Positions 35,452 through 50,400 of a stretch of 64,000 bases of DNA are shown one piece after another (the first letter of the stretch is position 1; each line of letters begins with the position of its first letter). Position numbers and translations under genes: made by a program. The stretch comes from Daphnia carinata (lineage: Eukaryota). A model generated the notes under the pieces. The model saw nothing but the letters and a program-made list of their open reading frames with translations, was not told the origin of the DNA and did no database searches. The stretch lies in contig NC_081333.1 of the NCBI RefSeq assembly GCF_022539665.2, forward strand, positions 1,364,001-1,428,000, given 5' to 3'.

Positions 35452-38400
35452 ATTGTCTTCCGATACGCACATATCAAATTTCAATTGTAATACTGTACAT
35501 GGTGTTTTTGTTTTCACCCTTTCGACCGTAAATGGACTGCGGTTCCAACCGTCGGCTCCTGTGTTTTATACTATTGACATTTGGACAATTAAATACTGTA
35601 AGAACGAATTTAGAGTAAATTAAATTTGATTTAATTTGCAACATTTTATAGTCCATGGCGTGAAACTAATGCAATCATTCAATGCGAATGACACCGTAAA
35701 CGAATAATACACTAAATTACGACAGATCATATAAAATCATTTCTTTTTTTGCGCTGTATGTAATTCGTTGAAACATGGACTTGTATAATGGCGACAAATG
35801 TTAAGCGCTATAAGGAAATGTCATAACCAAAACGTACTGGTGTAATCAACAAGAAATGTTATTTGTTGCTCTACCGTCGTCGAGACATCTCGAGTTCTGG
35901 AAAAACATTTTGGGAGTTTCATATTTTCGCAATATCAGAAGCGTCCAGATCACGTCTTGCAACCAATTCTTAGATTAAATGATTCAAAAACGTATTGTGG
36001 GTCTGTATACATATGCTCTGAGCAACAGTTGTTTAATACAAACATAACAGGTAGCAACTATAAATCAACTCCGCAGGTTATAATTCGAAGCAGCTAACTT
36101 TTGAAATTGAAATGTTTGCGTTTGGTCGACGTGTCCTTCTTTCTTTGATCTAATTTCAGTCTCTATGCCCTAGCAACCCAATCCGCCGAGTGGTTGCAAG
36201 ACCACACAGTTGTAAACTATATCTAGGGTCCTGGCTGTCATGTAAGCGTGTACATTATGCAGAGTACAGACCATATAGCACAAGCTCCCCGCAACGTCAT
36301 AAACAATATAAAGCAGACAGTCATATTTTTCCGTTTCTTTCTTTTTACTTTCAGCTATACAAAACCGGATAGCTTTTCAGGTGGAAAGACTTGCCGAATT
36401 GCGTATTACAACGCAGGCTGTAAACTTTGATAGCATATTGGCAATATATTCATGGGTGTGCTGCTTCCCTATCGGTGTGTCACCATCGACCAATCACGTT
36501 CACCACAATATTTAATAACACATTGAAACGTCGACAACGTACTTTGCTTGACTGACGACAAACTCTCCGATTAATTGCGCGTTTACCGTTGAAATTAAAC
36601 TCGCGAAAATCAAATATACACGAGCTCCAATCGACAAGCAATGACACACAAGTTTTGACGTAGGTTACGACATCTCGATGCAGAGACGATGGAGCGAAAA
36701 AAAAAAAAAGAATTGAGATTACTTCTTGACATTCATCCGTATCTACTTGTTCGTTTAATTCAATATTCCCTGAAGTTGCGCGATGGAATCGGTCGAGCGT
36801 TGCAAATATAAATAACAACATATATTCGATACAAACACGACCGCTGTACTATACACAAAGTGGATGCGAGGTATCAGAGATAAAGAAGTAGACGAGACAG
36901 GAGCGCGTAAGAGCCTCGCAAAACGAAAAGAGAGAAACGGATGGTTAGCTGTTTGATTAAAAACATTGGCGTGATGGCTTCACGATGGAGGTTCACTATA
37001 CGTACAGCAAGTTTTTATCGGAGCATTGATTCGATCGAACAAAAAAGGAAACATAAAAATGGTGGGGACACGGGATATGGAAGAATGAGAGTGAGCCATT
37101 TGTCAACTCGTCTTATACGTCCCACTTAGTTTGGGCAAACTAGCGGCTTTATGTATTTCTGATGCTTAATGGTTCTCTTATATTCATCCCAATTACGGAG
37201 ATTTTATTTCTTTTAAATTTCTAGATCGCGTTTTTCTAATGAATTGGCTGCGTGCGTGTTTTGGTTTTGAAAAGATGAATGCCACATGTTTGTGAATGAT
37301 ATACACGAAATAAAACAGATTTTAAAGAGATCGTGGTAATGCTAGACTAGATAGAAAAACATCGGCTATAAGCACGAGATCAAAAGTTCAAGGTACCTCG
37401 CCACTCCCAAGCTGTGGCCTACATCTCCCGAACGCAGTTTGAATTGGGCCGTTTTTGGTTCGACGTGTGTTTCATTTGTTAGAATCGCTGAATTTTAATA
37501 AAACTCTGCTGGCTAAAAAAAAAAAAATAAAAAATAATATACGTGTTGACGCACGATTTCGTACGATAGGAGAGAGAAAAGACGAAAAAAAAAAAGAAAA
37601 GACGGAGACAGCAAATATATTGCTCAACTAGCGCCAGAGTTTCGGATCGATCTTTAGATGAGCATTAAAAGAAGCGAGAGCATCAGGATTCCGGCATCCA
37701 CTCTACCCCTCCTTCCCCTTTGATCTTACATCGTCCTCGACCCCCTGCAGTAACATCATTAAATAATAGAATAAAGCAAACAAACAACAAACAGAGAAAA
37801 AACAAAACAAAACAAAACACAGACCTCCCGGCCTCCCCCGTTGCTCTTAAGTATATATGTCTACACGCACGGTGATTACAGACGGCTAAAATAAAAGCAA
37901 AAAGAAAAAAAAAAAGAAACAAAAATCACGCTCGACACATGTTCTGACGCCTCTGATGATATTGATAGGGCTCGCGGGGGGTGTTGTACAAGGACTTGAC
38001 ATTGTTGTGGAAAGACTTGTGGCGAGAAACGTACACACCCAGTGGTATAACCCAATCCTCGATCGGAAAAAAAATCTGTGCCGACCGACACTTAGTGATG
38101 GAGCGGCAGTTGTTTCCAAAATGGCCACGGCCCAAGCTCAATATGTAATTAAATTCTTTCCTTATGTCATCCAAGTGCTTCGTCATCGCAGTGCTCGTTA
38201 ATAGTTGAAACAATTGAGCATAGAGAATTGATGAAGTCTATAAATAAATGCATTTCTCGTGAACGTGTTCAGTTAGTTTGGCTGAACATCGGGGAGAGCA
38301 GTTCGTTAAATATTGGATGTTTCATTCCAAAATAGCTAATGTCACCAAGTCTAGGCTTTCGAGTTACATAACCATTTGGTTTATACAACCAGATTCAATC

Positions 38401-38865
38401 AATGTATTGACGTAGTTGCGAGTTGACCGTCAAACCGGATGTGGTCTGTTCGCTTTCCCCATTTCTATTTTGGGGTGAATAGGGTGGAGAACTGTCACGA
38501 GTATAAAGAGAAATAGAACACGATATCAAATGAAGATCCAGCGCAATCTATGGCCGAACAGAGGACGGCGAACTGCTAGCATCCCACATTTGACATCGAT
38601 GGGTTTCGTGTGTACGTATATGGTAGGGCTGTATATCTAGTACGGTCATCTTGGCTATTCATTCTAGAGTTCATTATTTATTAGTCAGCGTAGACAGTAA
38701 ATATAGGGGAACCATAGACACACACACACACATACAGAGTCTATATTGCACACGCGACAGCTGTTAGCCATTGATGTTAGACCTATTGTTTAGCTATAGA
38801 CTTTTTGGCCCCGCAAATGGTACACACTGTTGTACCAGGTTGTCTACTACAGTCGGATGTGGTAG

Positions 38866-38884
38866 TGTGTGTGTGTGTGTGTGT
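38866..38884. repeat. (GT)n microsatellite, one of many short CA/GT, GA and homopolymer tracts across 37-50 kb
   Basis: Read directly from the sequence. Confidence 0.9.
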
Positions 38885-41800
38885 AAAATGAAAAAAGAAA
38901 AAAAAAAAAGAAGAGAGTAGATATACAATTGGGTACATAGATATGCTGTGCGCAAGTTAGTGTTTATCCAGGGACAAGAGGGCGAGTCCTTGCATCAACA
39001 ATCAAAGCATCGCCGTCTAGTTAACAGATAACGCCGTCCATCTAGGACAAACACTTGGGGGTTTATTCTTTACATGTTTAAAGACTTGAACGGACTCGCT
39101 GTGGTTGAATCAATGACGGTCCTTTTCTTTTTTGTTGGCTGTCGCACTGCTGTGTACACACACACACTAATTGTTATGTATCGTAAGTGCTCTTCTTTTC
39201 CTCTGTTGGCAGCTTTTTGACGTTCATTGTCGAAACGCGGCTGATGTTTCTTTCTTTTCTCTTCCGTTCTTTTAACACATGTACGCAGCAGTTCTCTTTT
39301 TTTTTCACACACACACAAAGAGATACACAGATCTTTTTTTTTAATTCGAGCCGTGGCATGGAATCACAGCCGAGCGCTGATGTTTTTCGAGATGGCCAAG
39401 GAACGTGATGGTCCATTGGCTATACCATTAATGTATTGTCATGACTTTACTCGAATAAAATACATAGTTGCATTTATTCTTCTTTCTTGGATGGAGAGGC
39501 TGTGCCACTGGCTAACTGCCAAACTATTCTCTTATTTTCTTTTTTTTTTTTGACAGGCGACATTTAAAAAAAAAATTCAACTCGTTTTTGGAAGTAAAGA
39601 TGGACGCGTGTTTATGTTGTGGCGTTTTTCGACGGGCGATCGACACAATGAGGAAAAAAAAAGTGGTTTCATCAAAAGCGCGTGATATACTTGAGGCCAT
39701 ATTCCACACGAAAAATCCTATTGGTGTTTAGGCAGAGGGAAAGATAAATAAATAAATAAGCAGCACACACCAACAAAAAAAAAAAAGCGTTTTAAATACG
39801 GCTGTTCCAGCTGACTGCTTATTTAGAAAGCTGATGGTTGTGCAATCTCGTGAAAAAAAAAAAAAAACTTGCAAAGTGTTTTTTCATGTGTCTACTCTAC
39901 ACGGCGTCGGGATAATATGAGGCGGTGAACGTCCTCGTTTTCAACGGGATAGAGGAATTTTTTTCTTTTTTAAACATCGCCCAAGAGCCGTTTGCGCCAA
40001 ATCACAGGCCCAGTCGCCCTTCTTTTTTCTTTTTTTTTCATTAGTCTGGGTCGCATGTTCTACACAAATTTTCTAGAAAATATATAGACCCATCGTTTAG
40101 GGTCCTTTGTGGCTGTCGCAGTTTCAAATGACGACCCAACCCAATTTTTTGTTTGTTTCTTTTTTCCTCAATAAATGCGCGTTAATACAAGGAAAAGCGT
40201 AGCTTTTATATGAAGCAGGTGAGACATTGTTCATTCTATTTTATTTTATTTTTTTTAAAGCTTTTAAAAAATCAGACAGTCTTCCGAAAAGGTTCAGTGT
40301 TTGATTATGTTTTACTTCCCGTGATAAAGCTTCGTTCTCTTCTAATATCAAAGTTCCAAAAAAAAGCTTGCATAGCAAACTATTGGAACGCGACCGCTAA
40401 AAAACGAGACTAAAAAGCAAATCTTTGTCCGTACATAAAAAAACCACAATCATTTAACTGATGCGCGCAATAAATTGGCTGAGTGTAAAGTTTTTCAAGT
40501 CACGACAGGACGGGACGAAAGGCTTTTTTTTTTTTTTATACGTGTACAAGTTCGTTTCGTGCGTGTGTGCGAAGAGGCTGTATGTATCTATACAGTTGCA
40601 CACACATGAAGACTGACTGATGGAGTGAAAAAAAAAAAAAAAAATAAAAAATACCCAAAGCCCCCACCCGAGAGGAGGATATAAAAGAGAGGGGGGGAGG
40701 AATAGCTTCGTGCAATGATGATGATGAGATGCCTGTGATGATGAATGATTGTATTAGCCGCCCCTCTTTTGTTGATGATGATCAATACATTAGAGCCCCT
40801 GGTGACTATGTGCCTCAGTCTAGCCACTGTATCCTTTTTCTTTCTTTTTTTTTCAACTAGGGTTCCGCAACATTATTCTCTATACATGATGGTCTCTTTT
40901 TTTTCGTTTACATTTTTCAACCCTTTTTTTTTAGTTCTCTCGTGTGTTGTTGTTGAGGGAAGTATAGAGAAGCTTTCAATATGATCACGAATGACGCGGC
41001 GGCCGTAGCCCTCCGCAAAAGGGCGTGGGCACGGAAGTAGCTCTATATGTAAAGAGAGCAAGGGTGGAGTTCAAGCTTGTCGATCTCCAGCCAGTGTTGA
41101 CGAGACGTCAACATCGCCAACAGCAATTATTTCGTTCGCAGGGGTAATGTGTGGGGGTGGGGGGGGAGGCCAAGATTTACACGACGCAACACAATTGGAA
41201 CCTATTAAAAGCGCGGTGCTATCAATGACGCTGACCGTGGCAAAAAGAATATAAGGCACTCTTATTATTTATTCAATTATACCAGTCCATCGCCCATAGT
41301 CAATATGTAATGAAGCATTTAAAGCATCACATTTTGACACACACAAATTGACGTGCGATAGAAAAATGGGGAACGAACGTTTTGTCCTACCAGCCGAGCA
41401 AAAAAAATGGACGTCTATATTTATACAAGTATCGATTTACTTTTTATCCAATAAGCAGAAAACCTCGTCCCCTTTATAGACCGGCGGGAGGGGGCAGTAA
41501 AAATTGGCCTCTTTTATATATAAACCTCTCATCGCCTCTTGTCCCACGATTTCTCTTCGTCGTTTATATAAATAAAACATCCGTTCGGCCAACGGTTCAG
41601 CAAGCGTCCAGTCAACGCAGTCAAGCTTTCAATATAGACACACACACACACACACACAAAAAGAAATAGAATAGAAACCTGATTCACGGAAGAGGGTGAA
41701 ACCTTAGATCGAGAGAAGAGCGCGGACAGCCGGCCGCTGCAGTTTGCTGTTGTTGATGGGGGCTCCCCCTTTTTTTTTTATTGTTCCTATACTCGGCCCT

Positions 41801-44800
41801 CTTTCTGTCTCTTTTTTTTTATATGTTTTTACTGGAACGGGCGTTCTCGTCATCGTGAACAACAAAAATAACAACGACACGCGACCCTTTTGTACGAAAA
41901 ACAGCGGCCGTACGGCACGCGTCCGCACCCGGCCGGACCCCGCAATCGGCCCAACTATCGTCCAACAATTAGGTTCCCATTGGGAGCCCCATTTGTAAAG
42001 CTCATTAACTCGATGCCACATGCAGTCGCACAACGAGATTAAATAGTAGCTTTTCTATTCTCTCCTCTCCTCCCGCCTATGTTTTGATTGACTGATTTCG
42101 TTTCTTTAATAAAAACTTTGAAAACAAAAAAAAAAAGAAAACTGATTCCAGAAAACAAACGAAACTGATTAGTTAAAAGCTTCTATTTTGGTACCCCCCC
42201 CCCCCCCCCTTAAGAAAAAAGGCAGAAGATATTAGAGAGAAGAGGCGTTGGAGATTTGAATATTAAATTCGGTTGTGTGTGTGTGTCTAGTTGATGTTTT
42301 CTCATTCGTTTCGTGCGGCGGGAAACGCTTGAATTTTTGAAAAACAAATTAGGATGATAGAAAATGAAAAGAGAACGGACATCATTTGGTACAATGCGCA
42401 CGTATAACTCTACGTGGCTTACTGATGATAGCGTAAAGCCAAAAATACGACTGAATGAATCCAATGAAGTAGACAAGAGACAACAAATGGGCGTTCGATT
42501 GGATAGATGGAACCAGAGCAAAAAAAAAAAAAAAAAAAAAAGACTCTTCTCCCTTTCTGACGGGCTTTTTCCTACATTGCATGACAATAGAAATCGCAGG
42601 AAGAAGGGACGCAATCATTCCGGCTCTTCATCTCTATCTGTGTGTACAGCACTACGAAGAAGAAAAAGAAAGGTTGATGCGCTTTTATTTCTCTTAATGT
42701 CATAGACAAGAATCCCCTTCTCGGTTTAACTGTTGGTCGCCGCATGACGTCATCTCACTAGCCTGTCAAGCCATGGACGAGTGATGTGTTAGGCGGAATA
42801 AGAAAAGAAAAAAAAAAAAAACGAAGCAAAACTAAAGCAACCGGAAAAAGAAAGGACTCGTCCATCGAACGGAAAAACATGGAAGCATATAGAAAATGAA
42901 ATCAAAAAAGCAAAAGGATATCTATCGGCTGCTGTTCCGGTTATGGATGAGACAATCAGCGCAAGTTCTGCATCACAGAGAGAGGTCCCCCCCCGTTCCC
43001 GTAAAGAGATGGAACGACTCTTTTTCTCTGTTCAAACTATTCCCAACGCGATATGTACATCCTCAAATCGTTTCGTTAAGAGCTAAAAGAAAATGGACAC
43101 GTTCCTCTCTTAAACTTAAGTGACCAACGCCATTCGTTTGTCTCTTCTTATGTATGTACACGTAATGTAATAGTTATTGTTTCGTAGCCAGAGGCTTAGA
43201 TGTTGGCTGATGGTACGTTTCTCCAGACTATTCGTTCACGTCATCCAACATGTCCCGCTGTTAGGGTGTAGGCGTATTATTTATAACACCATCAATGCCA
43301 CCAGCGATGCTGTCCTCAAGTGTATGCGTTATAGACAGCACACATTCTTAACTAAAGTGATTAGTCCGTTCTTCCAGCTATCTCTTTTGAGGGATTGTAA
43401 TTTGTTTTTTCAAAGACTCATTGTCGCTGTTTGTAATGGCGTTTTGATTGCGTGTTTTTGAAAATGGACAGCCATGAGTGGTAAATTGCCTTGGTAAAAT
43501 CGAGGTGAATGGGTACTGTAGATTACATGCTGGAACGTGCTAATCAATCAGACGATTCTACTCTTGACAACGTTGTGAAAGAAAAGACAATGTCTTCATT
43601 GACTCCGTTCGGTGTGAAGGAAACTATAGATAAAGCACATGGGCCTCAAAGAAAAGGACGAAATCGAACGCGAAATTAGCTCATAATGGGCATTGTTTTG
43701 CGGGCCAATCAAATGTAAAAAAACGGCTTGCATGTAGGCAGAATTGGCCCATATCGATTATGACTCACCATGTTCGCTATGACTAGATCATTCATGTTTG
43801 TTTCGATATTGTATCTACTGATTCTTACCGCAATTTCATATAGCGGGTGAATCAAACAAATGGAAAACAAAGTTCTCCTATTCTATTTTACATCTTCATA
43901 CTTGTAATACCGAACGACTATAGTTTTCCTGTTCCGAGAAAGAAAACGCTTCATTTCGAATGAAAACGAAAATGCCTGTCGGCTACGTTCACGGGAGAGA
44001 TACGAAGTTCCAATAACACAGCGGGTTGCTGTTCTCCTCAGAACGCAGCACATCATTGTCTTTTGCTTGTTGTCATCCGGCCCACTGCTTATTATTGCCT
44101 CTTGTCCAAGCAGGTAATCAGCAACTTGCGGCTGATAACAAGAGCCGGTGAAGCCGAGCGCAAATAAGCCCAACCATCGTGTTCGCTTGTCGGGTTCTAC
44201 ATACCTTTTTTTATTATTATTATTTTTGTTGTTGTGTTTTTTTTTGTTTCTTAAGTAGATTCTACAGGGTGTAGTATATAGTAGCCTCTGTGTGTGTGTG
44301 TGTGTGTATATATACTTATGACGACTGGTTCATGGAGGGTGGGAGGAGGAGACAGTTGCGTCTTAACGAGACGCTTCCTTTCATCTAGTCACATGGAACA
44401 TTGTATTCAAAGGCCTCTCGTATTTCCTACGTCCGGCATTAAGTCACTAGCCACAACACCTCCATTTAGTTTTTAGTGTTTAAATAAATAGATTGGAGTG
44501 AGTAATAATTTAGTGTTTCATGCAGTTTGTTATTGAACAAAAAAAAAAAAGAAGGGACATGGTTCCATCCGACAACAATCAAAATACGTGGATGTTGTTG
44601 CAATTTGATTGGCCGACGAGAAGCCGGTAGGACCCGCACAGCTGGCCGGAAGTGGGTACAGACAGACGGGATTCATTTAAGCAGTGAAGCGAGGTGCAAT
44701 CTAAAGTTCGGTATGCCTTTGTGAAATGTCAGACTTGCTTGTCATCTTCGTCTTTCGTTCAACGGCCTCCCCCATTCCACTTCACCACTGTACATATCCT

Positions 44801-47268
44801 CCCTAGATCTTGACGATTGCCTTTACGCCTCCTGTCTCCCTTTTTTCTTTACTCGTTTTATTTTGTACAAGTTGACATTTCGTAAGGGAAAGGAGGGTAT
44901 GGCGTCATTATATGACGCCCACTGATTTACACTCAATCATAGTGTTGGCGTGAAAGGCGGTGCCGGTCTCTGCCGGACGTGCGGAGTACAGAAGGTAAAG
45001 TAGCGACGACCTTTGCCAGCAAAAATCGCATCAAGTATTTTTATTCTTTTTTTTTTTTTTTTTTTCCTTCATGTCTCCATTTTTTGATTGGCTTATCTAT
45101 TATTTTAGATGATAAGATAAAAGAAAAATGAATGTTATATCAGCGGGGAAAAAGCCAGTGGACGCACATAGCTTCGACTATAGATCAATCGAACTGCATC
45201 GCATATATCAAATGGAGAGCACGTGAAATCATATTACGAAGCTGATCTCGTATATATTAAATCAAAGTAAGAAAACGACAAATGACATTGCCAAGGTTGG
45301 GAAAGCCACTACAGTATGGAATGCGCAAAATCTGTTCACTCGGGTTTAACTTTGACGTTGAATACAAAGAATTTGAAACGAAGATTGGGGGCACCTGCGA
45401 CGTTAATGCTGGTCATAGACCACTTCGTCCTTCTCCAGCTTCTTTAGAGGCACATGTAACTCAGCTTTGGAAAATTATCAGGCAGAATTACAAACGACTC
45501 TTGTGTCTCTCTCTCTCTTGACATGAAACTCAATGAAGAGATATGTCATCTTTGTACTTTGAGTCAAAGACGAGCAAACTCTACTGTATCTACTATAACT
45601 ACCGGTTTTGATCCAGTTTCCATGGCGAGCTCCTTTCGAATCGAATGAGCCCCCCAAATCGACTAGTTTCCCCCGCTCTTTATGTTCTGCCGCTTCTCTC
45701 CCTGTGTCCGCTCTTCATTGAGTTTCGGCTTGAATAATCTATCAAGAAGCCGTTTCGTGTGTGTGCGTCTGTGTTCTGGCTATCTTTCTATTTAAAGAGA
45801 ACTTTGCACATTCAAATTTTCTTGTACCCTTTTTCTTTATCCCCATTTGATAGGAGAGTGTAAGAATTTTGCATAAGTGTTTGTCTGTTAACAACGGATG
45901 AAAAGAGATGATGAGCCTGACATACGAAGGGTGAAGGAGAGCCAAACTGTCAAAAGCTCAACTATATAAGAAGCTGCTCGTTTGCATTAGCTTCGCCCCC
46001 TTCCGCTGAATCGTTTTACGCTTTCAAATGTCTTTTCAAATGGTAAGCTTAATGAAGAGTATATGCGTGTATGCTAAATTGCTGCAGCGGGCAATCCCGC
46101 GGGATCGTGTCATTACGACTCGCTGTATCTACTTTGTTTTATTTCGCCTTCATCGTTTTTCTCACTATAGAGTTTTAGACATGATTTTAAATAATTTCGT
46201 TCCAGTTGCGTTTTACTTGCTGTACGCACGTAGGAAGAAGAAGGCCGTGTTTAAAAAGAAGTAGAAATGAAACGAAGCGGCTCAACCTGTGGATGAATAA
46301 ATTCTTTTGACGACCGTATAAAAAGAAGAAATTCGTGTTGGCTGTTGAACTCAATTCATTGCACTCAACAGGAAGATCAGGGGAGTCTGACTTCATTAGG
46401 CAAATTCCCCGTCTTCATTTGAAAAATGAATTCCCCGAATAATATTTCCCAGGTTTCGTTCAGAAGGTCTCGACATTTATGCAACGACCCTCTACACGCG
46501 TCTTCCAGTAAAATATTTTCGGTACAAAATGTATATAACGTCCTTCTTTCTGTACAACATCAAAAGGTCTTTTGACTAATGGCATCATCTATAGACAAAT
46601 GAACTATTGGATTGAACCATTTCTTTGGGCGTTCCTATATTCTTTGATGGAGTTGTTCATTTTTTAATCAGTTTTTAGTTTTCAAAATCTCTATGCTCCT
46701 TATATAAATTTCGTCTTGAAGTCTATGCACGTTACATCTAAAAACGATCTTATCTCATAAGAGTCTCATCAAGTTGCATCCGTTCATCGTCTCTTCTAGA
46801 TGAAAGAGTAATCCTTTAAAAGTGTGTACTGTATATATTGTAATATTTTCGACATACGTCACCTTGCGTGTCTCTAATTTATGCAAGCAACTTCGCAATT
46901 AGATTGGAGAAAACTTTCAATAGCTGCCCTTCGTGAATATGAGAGGTCAACGTCTCCATCTTTCCCTGTACCTTTTTATTATTATAAGGCTTCTCACGTT
47001 GATGATGTTCCCCCTCGCTCGGCTTAATACGAGATTAGTAGAATCCACTTTTAAGCTACTGGGTCATCCAGGAAAAGAAGAAGGTCTAACGCTATTTGAA
47101 CTGGAAGCCTTATGTATGCACACAACGCGATTATTCCCGATTTAATTCACTTCTTTATCGTTAAAAAAAATGCGCATTGCTTCCTCCTTTTTCTTTTTTC
47201 AAAAGAAAATCAAACAATACAAAAAAATAATAAAATTCAGGATAGATATATATTTTTTTTACACTCAC

Positions 47269-47489
47269 CGAAGAGAAGAAGAATCGTTGAAAAGAGAATA
47301 CTTGTAGATTCACAGCGCCGGTTGTTGGACCGACACGAAAAAGGAAACATCGTGAAACGAGCGATGCAAACTCAAAAGGAGAAATTCTTTTCCGCGTGAC
47401 AGACTGCGAAGAGAAGGCAAACAATCTTTAAATGTATATATCTATTTTCTCTACAGAGAGTGCGCGCGAGAGAGAGAGAGAGAGAGAGA
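47269..47489 (-). promoter_or_regulatory. Putative distal promoter and non-coding first exon (about 47410-47269) of the Beat gene, with an upstream (GA)11 tract
   Basis: Strong minus-strand donor TCG|GTGAGT at 47268, Inr-like GCAGTC at ~47405 and GAGA tract at 47468-47489. The Beat signal exon is preceded by a splice acceptor (~30421), so an upstream exon is expected. The linkage is inferred. Confidence 0.4.
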
Positions 47490-50400
47490 CTGTGTGTCTG
47501 ACTTGTCGGAACGCCACGTGAAACACAACTGACTAAAAGAGAGGAGGCCGTCGCAGTTGCCGTTCGCGTACCATGTCGGCGTTCAAGCAGCAGCACGCAC
47601 CCTCCGCCGCGCTATGGCATTATTCAGCCAAGCCGTTGTTTCTATACGCTTCGTTGCTGGTGTCTCTTCTTCTTCTTTCCCCTCTTCCCAGCCCCCCCCC
47701 CCCTCTTTCTCTTTGCTCTCTCCTTCCACCCGTCCATATTTCAATGATGATAGGGGCGGGGCTTTTCCGTTCTTTTTCCTCCTATATATATATGTTTAGA
47801 GTTGAGCATTTTTCGGTTGTATACGGGGAGGGTAGGACGAGAGTGAAGCTTCGACGACACGAGCTGAGATCAAGTGTGACAAGCTCACAGACTCATATAG
47901 GAAATAGAAGAGATCCTTTCAACAAGAACAAAAAAAAAAGAGGCAGAGAACGGGACTTGGTGTTTGAAAATGCACAGGTCTCCCAAAAAGAACATGTGGC
48001 TTTCGGTATTTTTTTCTGACGCTTTTGCTTTGGTGTTCACCCACAGAACGCACAACAACAACAACAAAAAAATAATACTGTGGCCGTGAATATAAGGGCC
48101 AAGCTAAACACAAGACGGCCATAGGGCTTGTCTCGTGTCACGACTTATAGGTGGACGATGGACCAAGGCGGATCAAAACATCTCCGCCTATTCGCCGTGG
48201 CCAAATGTTACGTACGAACGGCCAATGTTTTACCAGCTGGCTCTGTAATCATTCTTAAAAATATATATATATACCATTTCATTATTATGATATTCTTTCA
48301 TATTTTTTTTTTAAACCATTTTTGCCTTTTGAAACGCTGCCAATCCGCTTTGCATTTCAAATTTACCTCTGACCCTTCTCTTTCCAGTTCCATGTCTCTG
48401 AAAAAAAAAAAAACTTGATAGGAGGCAAGTAAAGGAAAAAAAGCGAATATTCCTGAATGAATTCAGCATGACGGCATCTTGTAAACGCGGTTAAACGGTT
48501 GAGAGGGCCTCTATTTTGTGTGTATGAAATAATCGGAAGGAAAATGTTTTTGCGTTGGAAAAAAAATGGGGGAAAAAAAAGTGTATGCGTGAGAGGCGTG
48601 TTGACGAATGCAAAAATGTTTCAAGTGAGGCAACGGCGATCGATGTCTTTCAAAAACGGATAAAAAAAAAAGGGAAGCGTCATATACGTAAGATTCATCG
48701 AAGCTCAAAGCCTTGCATGTTGCAACTTCTCTTTTGTGTGTGTCTGTGTGTGTGTGTGTGGGGAGGTAGTTTTTTATGCCGCCCACCTATTTATACGATA
48801 TCGATTGATGGCCATAACTCAACTTTCAAACGTTGTCCATCCACGTAAATCTAAGTACGTGAATCAAAAAATGTTTGAAATAGGGGCTGCGGAGACTATA
48901 ACGTATCGCAAAAGGCAATTCTATCGCTAGTTTTGCGGCCAAGTGTTTTGATTATCATCCACTTGGAAATGTTTTTTTTTTTTAAACATCATACGTTTTC
49001 CTTGCACTATCGATAAGAATCAGTCACGGTAAAAAGCATGTTGGATTTATTTGAACAAAAACTGAACTTGAACTGAAAATGTAACGTCTTCAAAATAACA
49101 AACTCAATGGCCTTTTCTGTTGACCTTTGAATATGTTTGTTACACACCACATAAGAGGACCAAGTTTTTTTTTTTTTTTTTTTTTTTTTTTTGGACAAAG
49201 TTGGTGCTTTTTTTTTTTTTTTTGGTCACGATGGCTGGAAACTGCTGTTTATTCGAACAAACGGAAACTGTACAGGAATGCAGACTCAGCACAAAAGTCC
49301 GGACAGTCCATCCAAAGTCCCGAATAACGATCGTTCGCTGTGACTGTTTGGTACGTGACGAGCCTATTTTTTTTTTCCAAATCTTATCTTCCACAATATA
49401 AATAGCCAATTCCCATCACAATGCACGAGATTTACAACAACTAAAAGAGGCCAAAAATACAACTGAATTGCCAATTGTAAATTTTTTGAATTCAAATCTG
49501 ATTCAACTTTGATTTGCTATCGAAATTCCTTTCGACCGTAGGGTCAACTTCGACGATGGAATTCAACCATATAGTGGCAATTAACTGCGTCGCTCTTCAT
49601 TTCTTATTGCGTGACAGTGGCTCGTGTAAAGACGTCTTCAACAGGTAAAGACACAAACGGGCACAACAGCATCCAGCTACATAATAGTAACTTGAAACGC
49701 TTATAAAAGCGCCGGCTGCTGAATTTCGCAACAACAGCACAACGTCATCTATAATAAACTAGTTTCGAACGTGAAACACTACTTGGCACTTAAAACTGTG
49801 TGCGCACGGCAAGCCGGCTTAATGGAATAAGCCGGGCGTTCTTGCCCCCCCCCCCCCCCCCCGACAAGCGTTTCGGCATCGCTCTATTCTCACAGCAGTT
49901 TTCGCTTGCACTCCCGACGTACCTCACGCTATAGAGATATGACATCGGCTGCACTCACAGGATGCCTGTGCATATACTATAACATTGTTTATACACGTAC
50001 AGTGTAGCAGCCACTTGGCTGGTAGATTTTTCAGCTGTCTTTGTGCGAATTAAAATTCACGTGGGAAAATAGGACACTGACGTTTCAATAGACGAGCTTG
50101 CTTGGCCTTCGTTGCATCATTGATAAAGCAAACTCCATTTTTTTGTTTATACATATTACAGGGGGGAAAAAAAGAAGGGCAGAACTGAAATTATTGTGAA
50201 TTTCAGGTTTGGGGCTGGTTATTCAATAAAAATCATTTGTTCCTTCAAAGTAATAGACATACAGACTGTATACAAGAGGATTAGGTAACTTTGTTTTCTT
50301 GAAATGTATAATGTACGTCAAACTCCCGGGAATACACAGCCTTTTAGGGGACGGAAAAGTTGATTTGATTTTCGTGCAGGTGTAATTGAATCTGGTTTCG

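Noticed and set aside
43780..43801. TGACTAGATCATTCATGTTTG resembles the miR-279/996 family seed (GACTAGA)
   Set aside because: No complementary arm at pre-miRNA distance; upstream pairing is weak, so no hairpin is supported.
49808..49862. Hairpin CCGGCTTA-N6-TAAGCCGG with outer GGCAAG/CTTGCC stem before poly-C; also GGCGTCAT-TAT-ATGACGCC at 44901-44919
   Set aside because: Short isolated stems with no Helitron CTRR end or ncRNA context.
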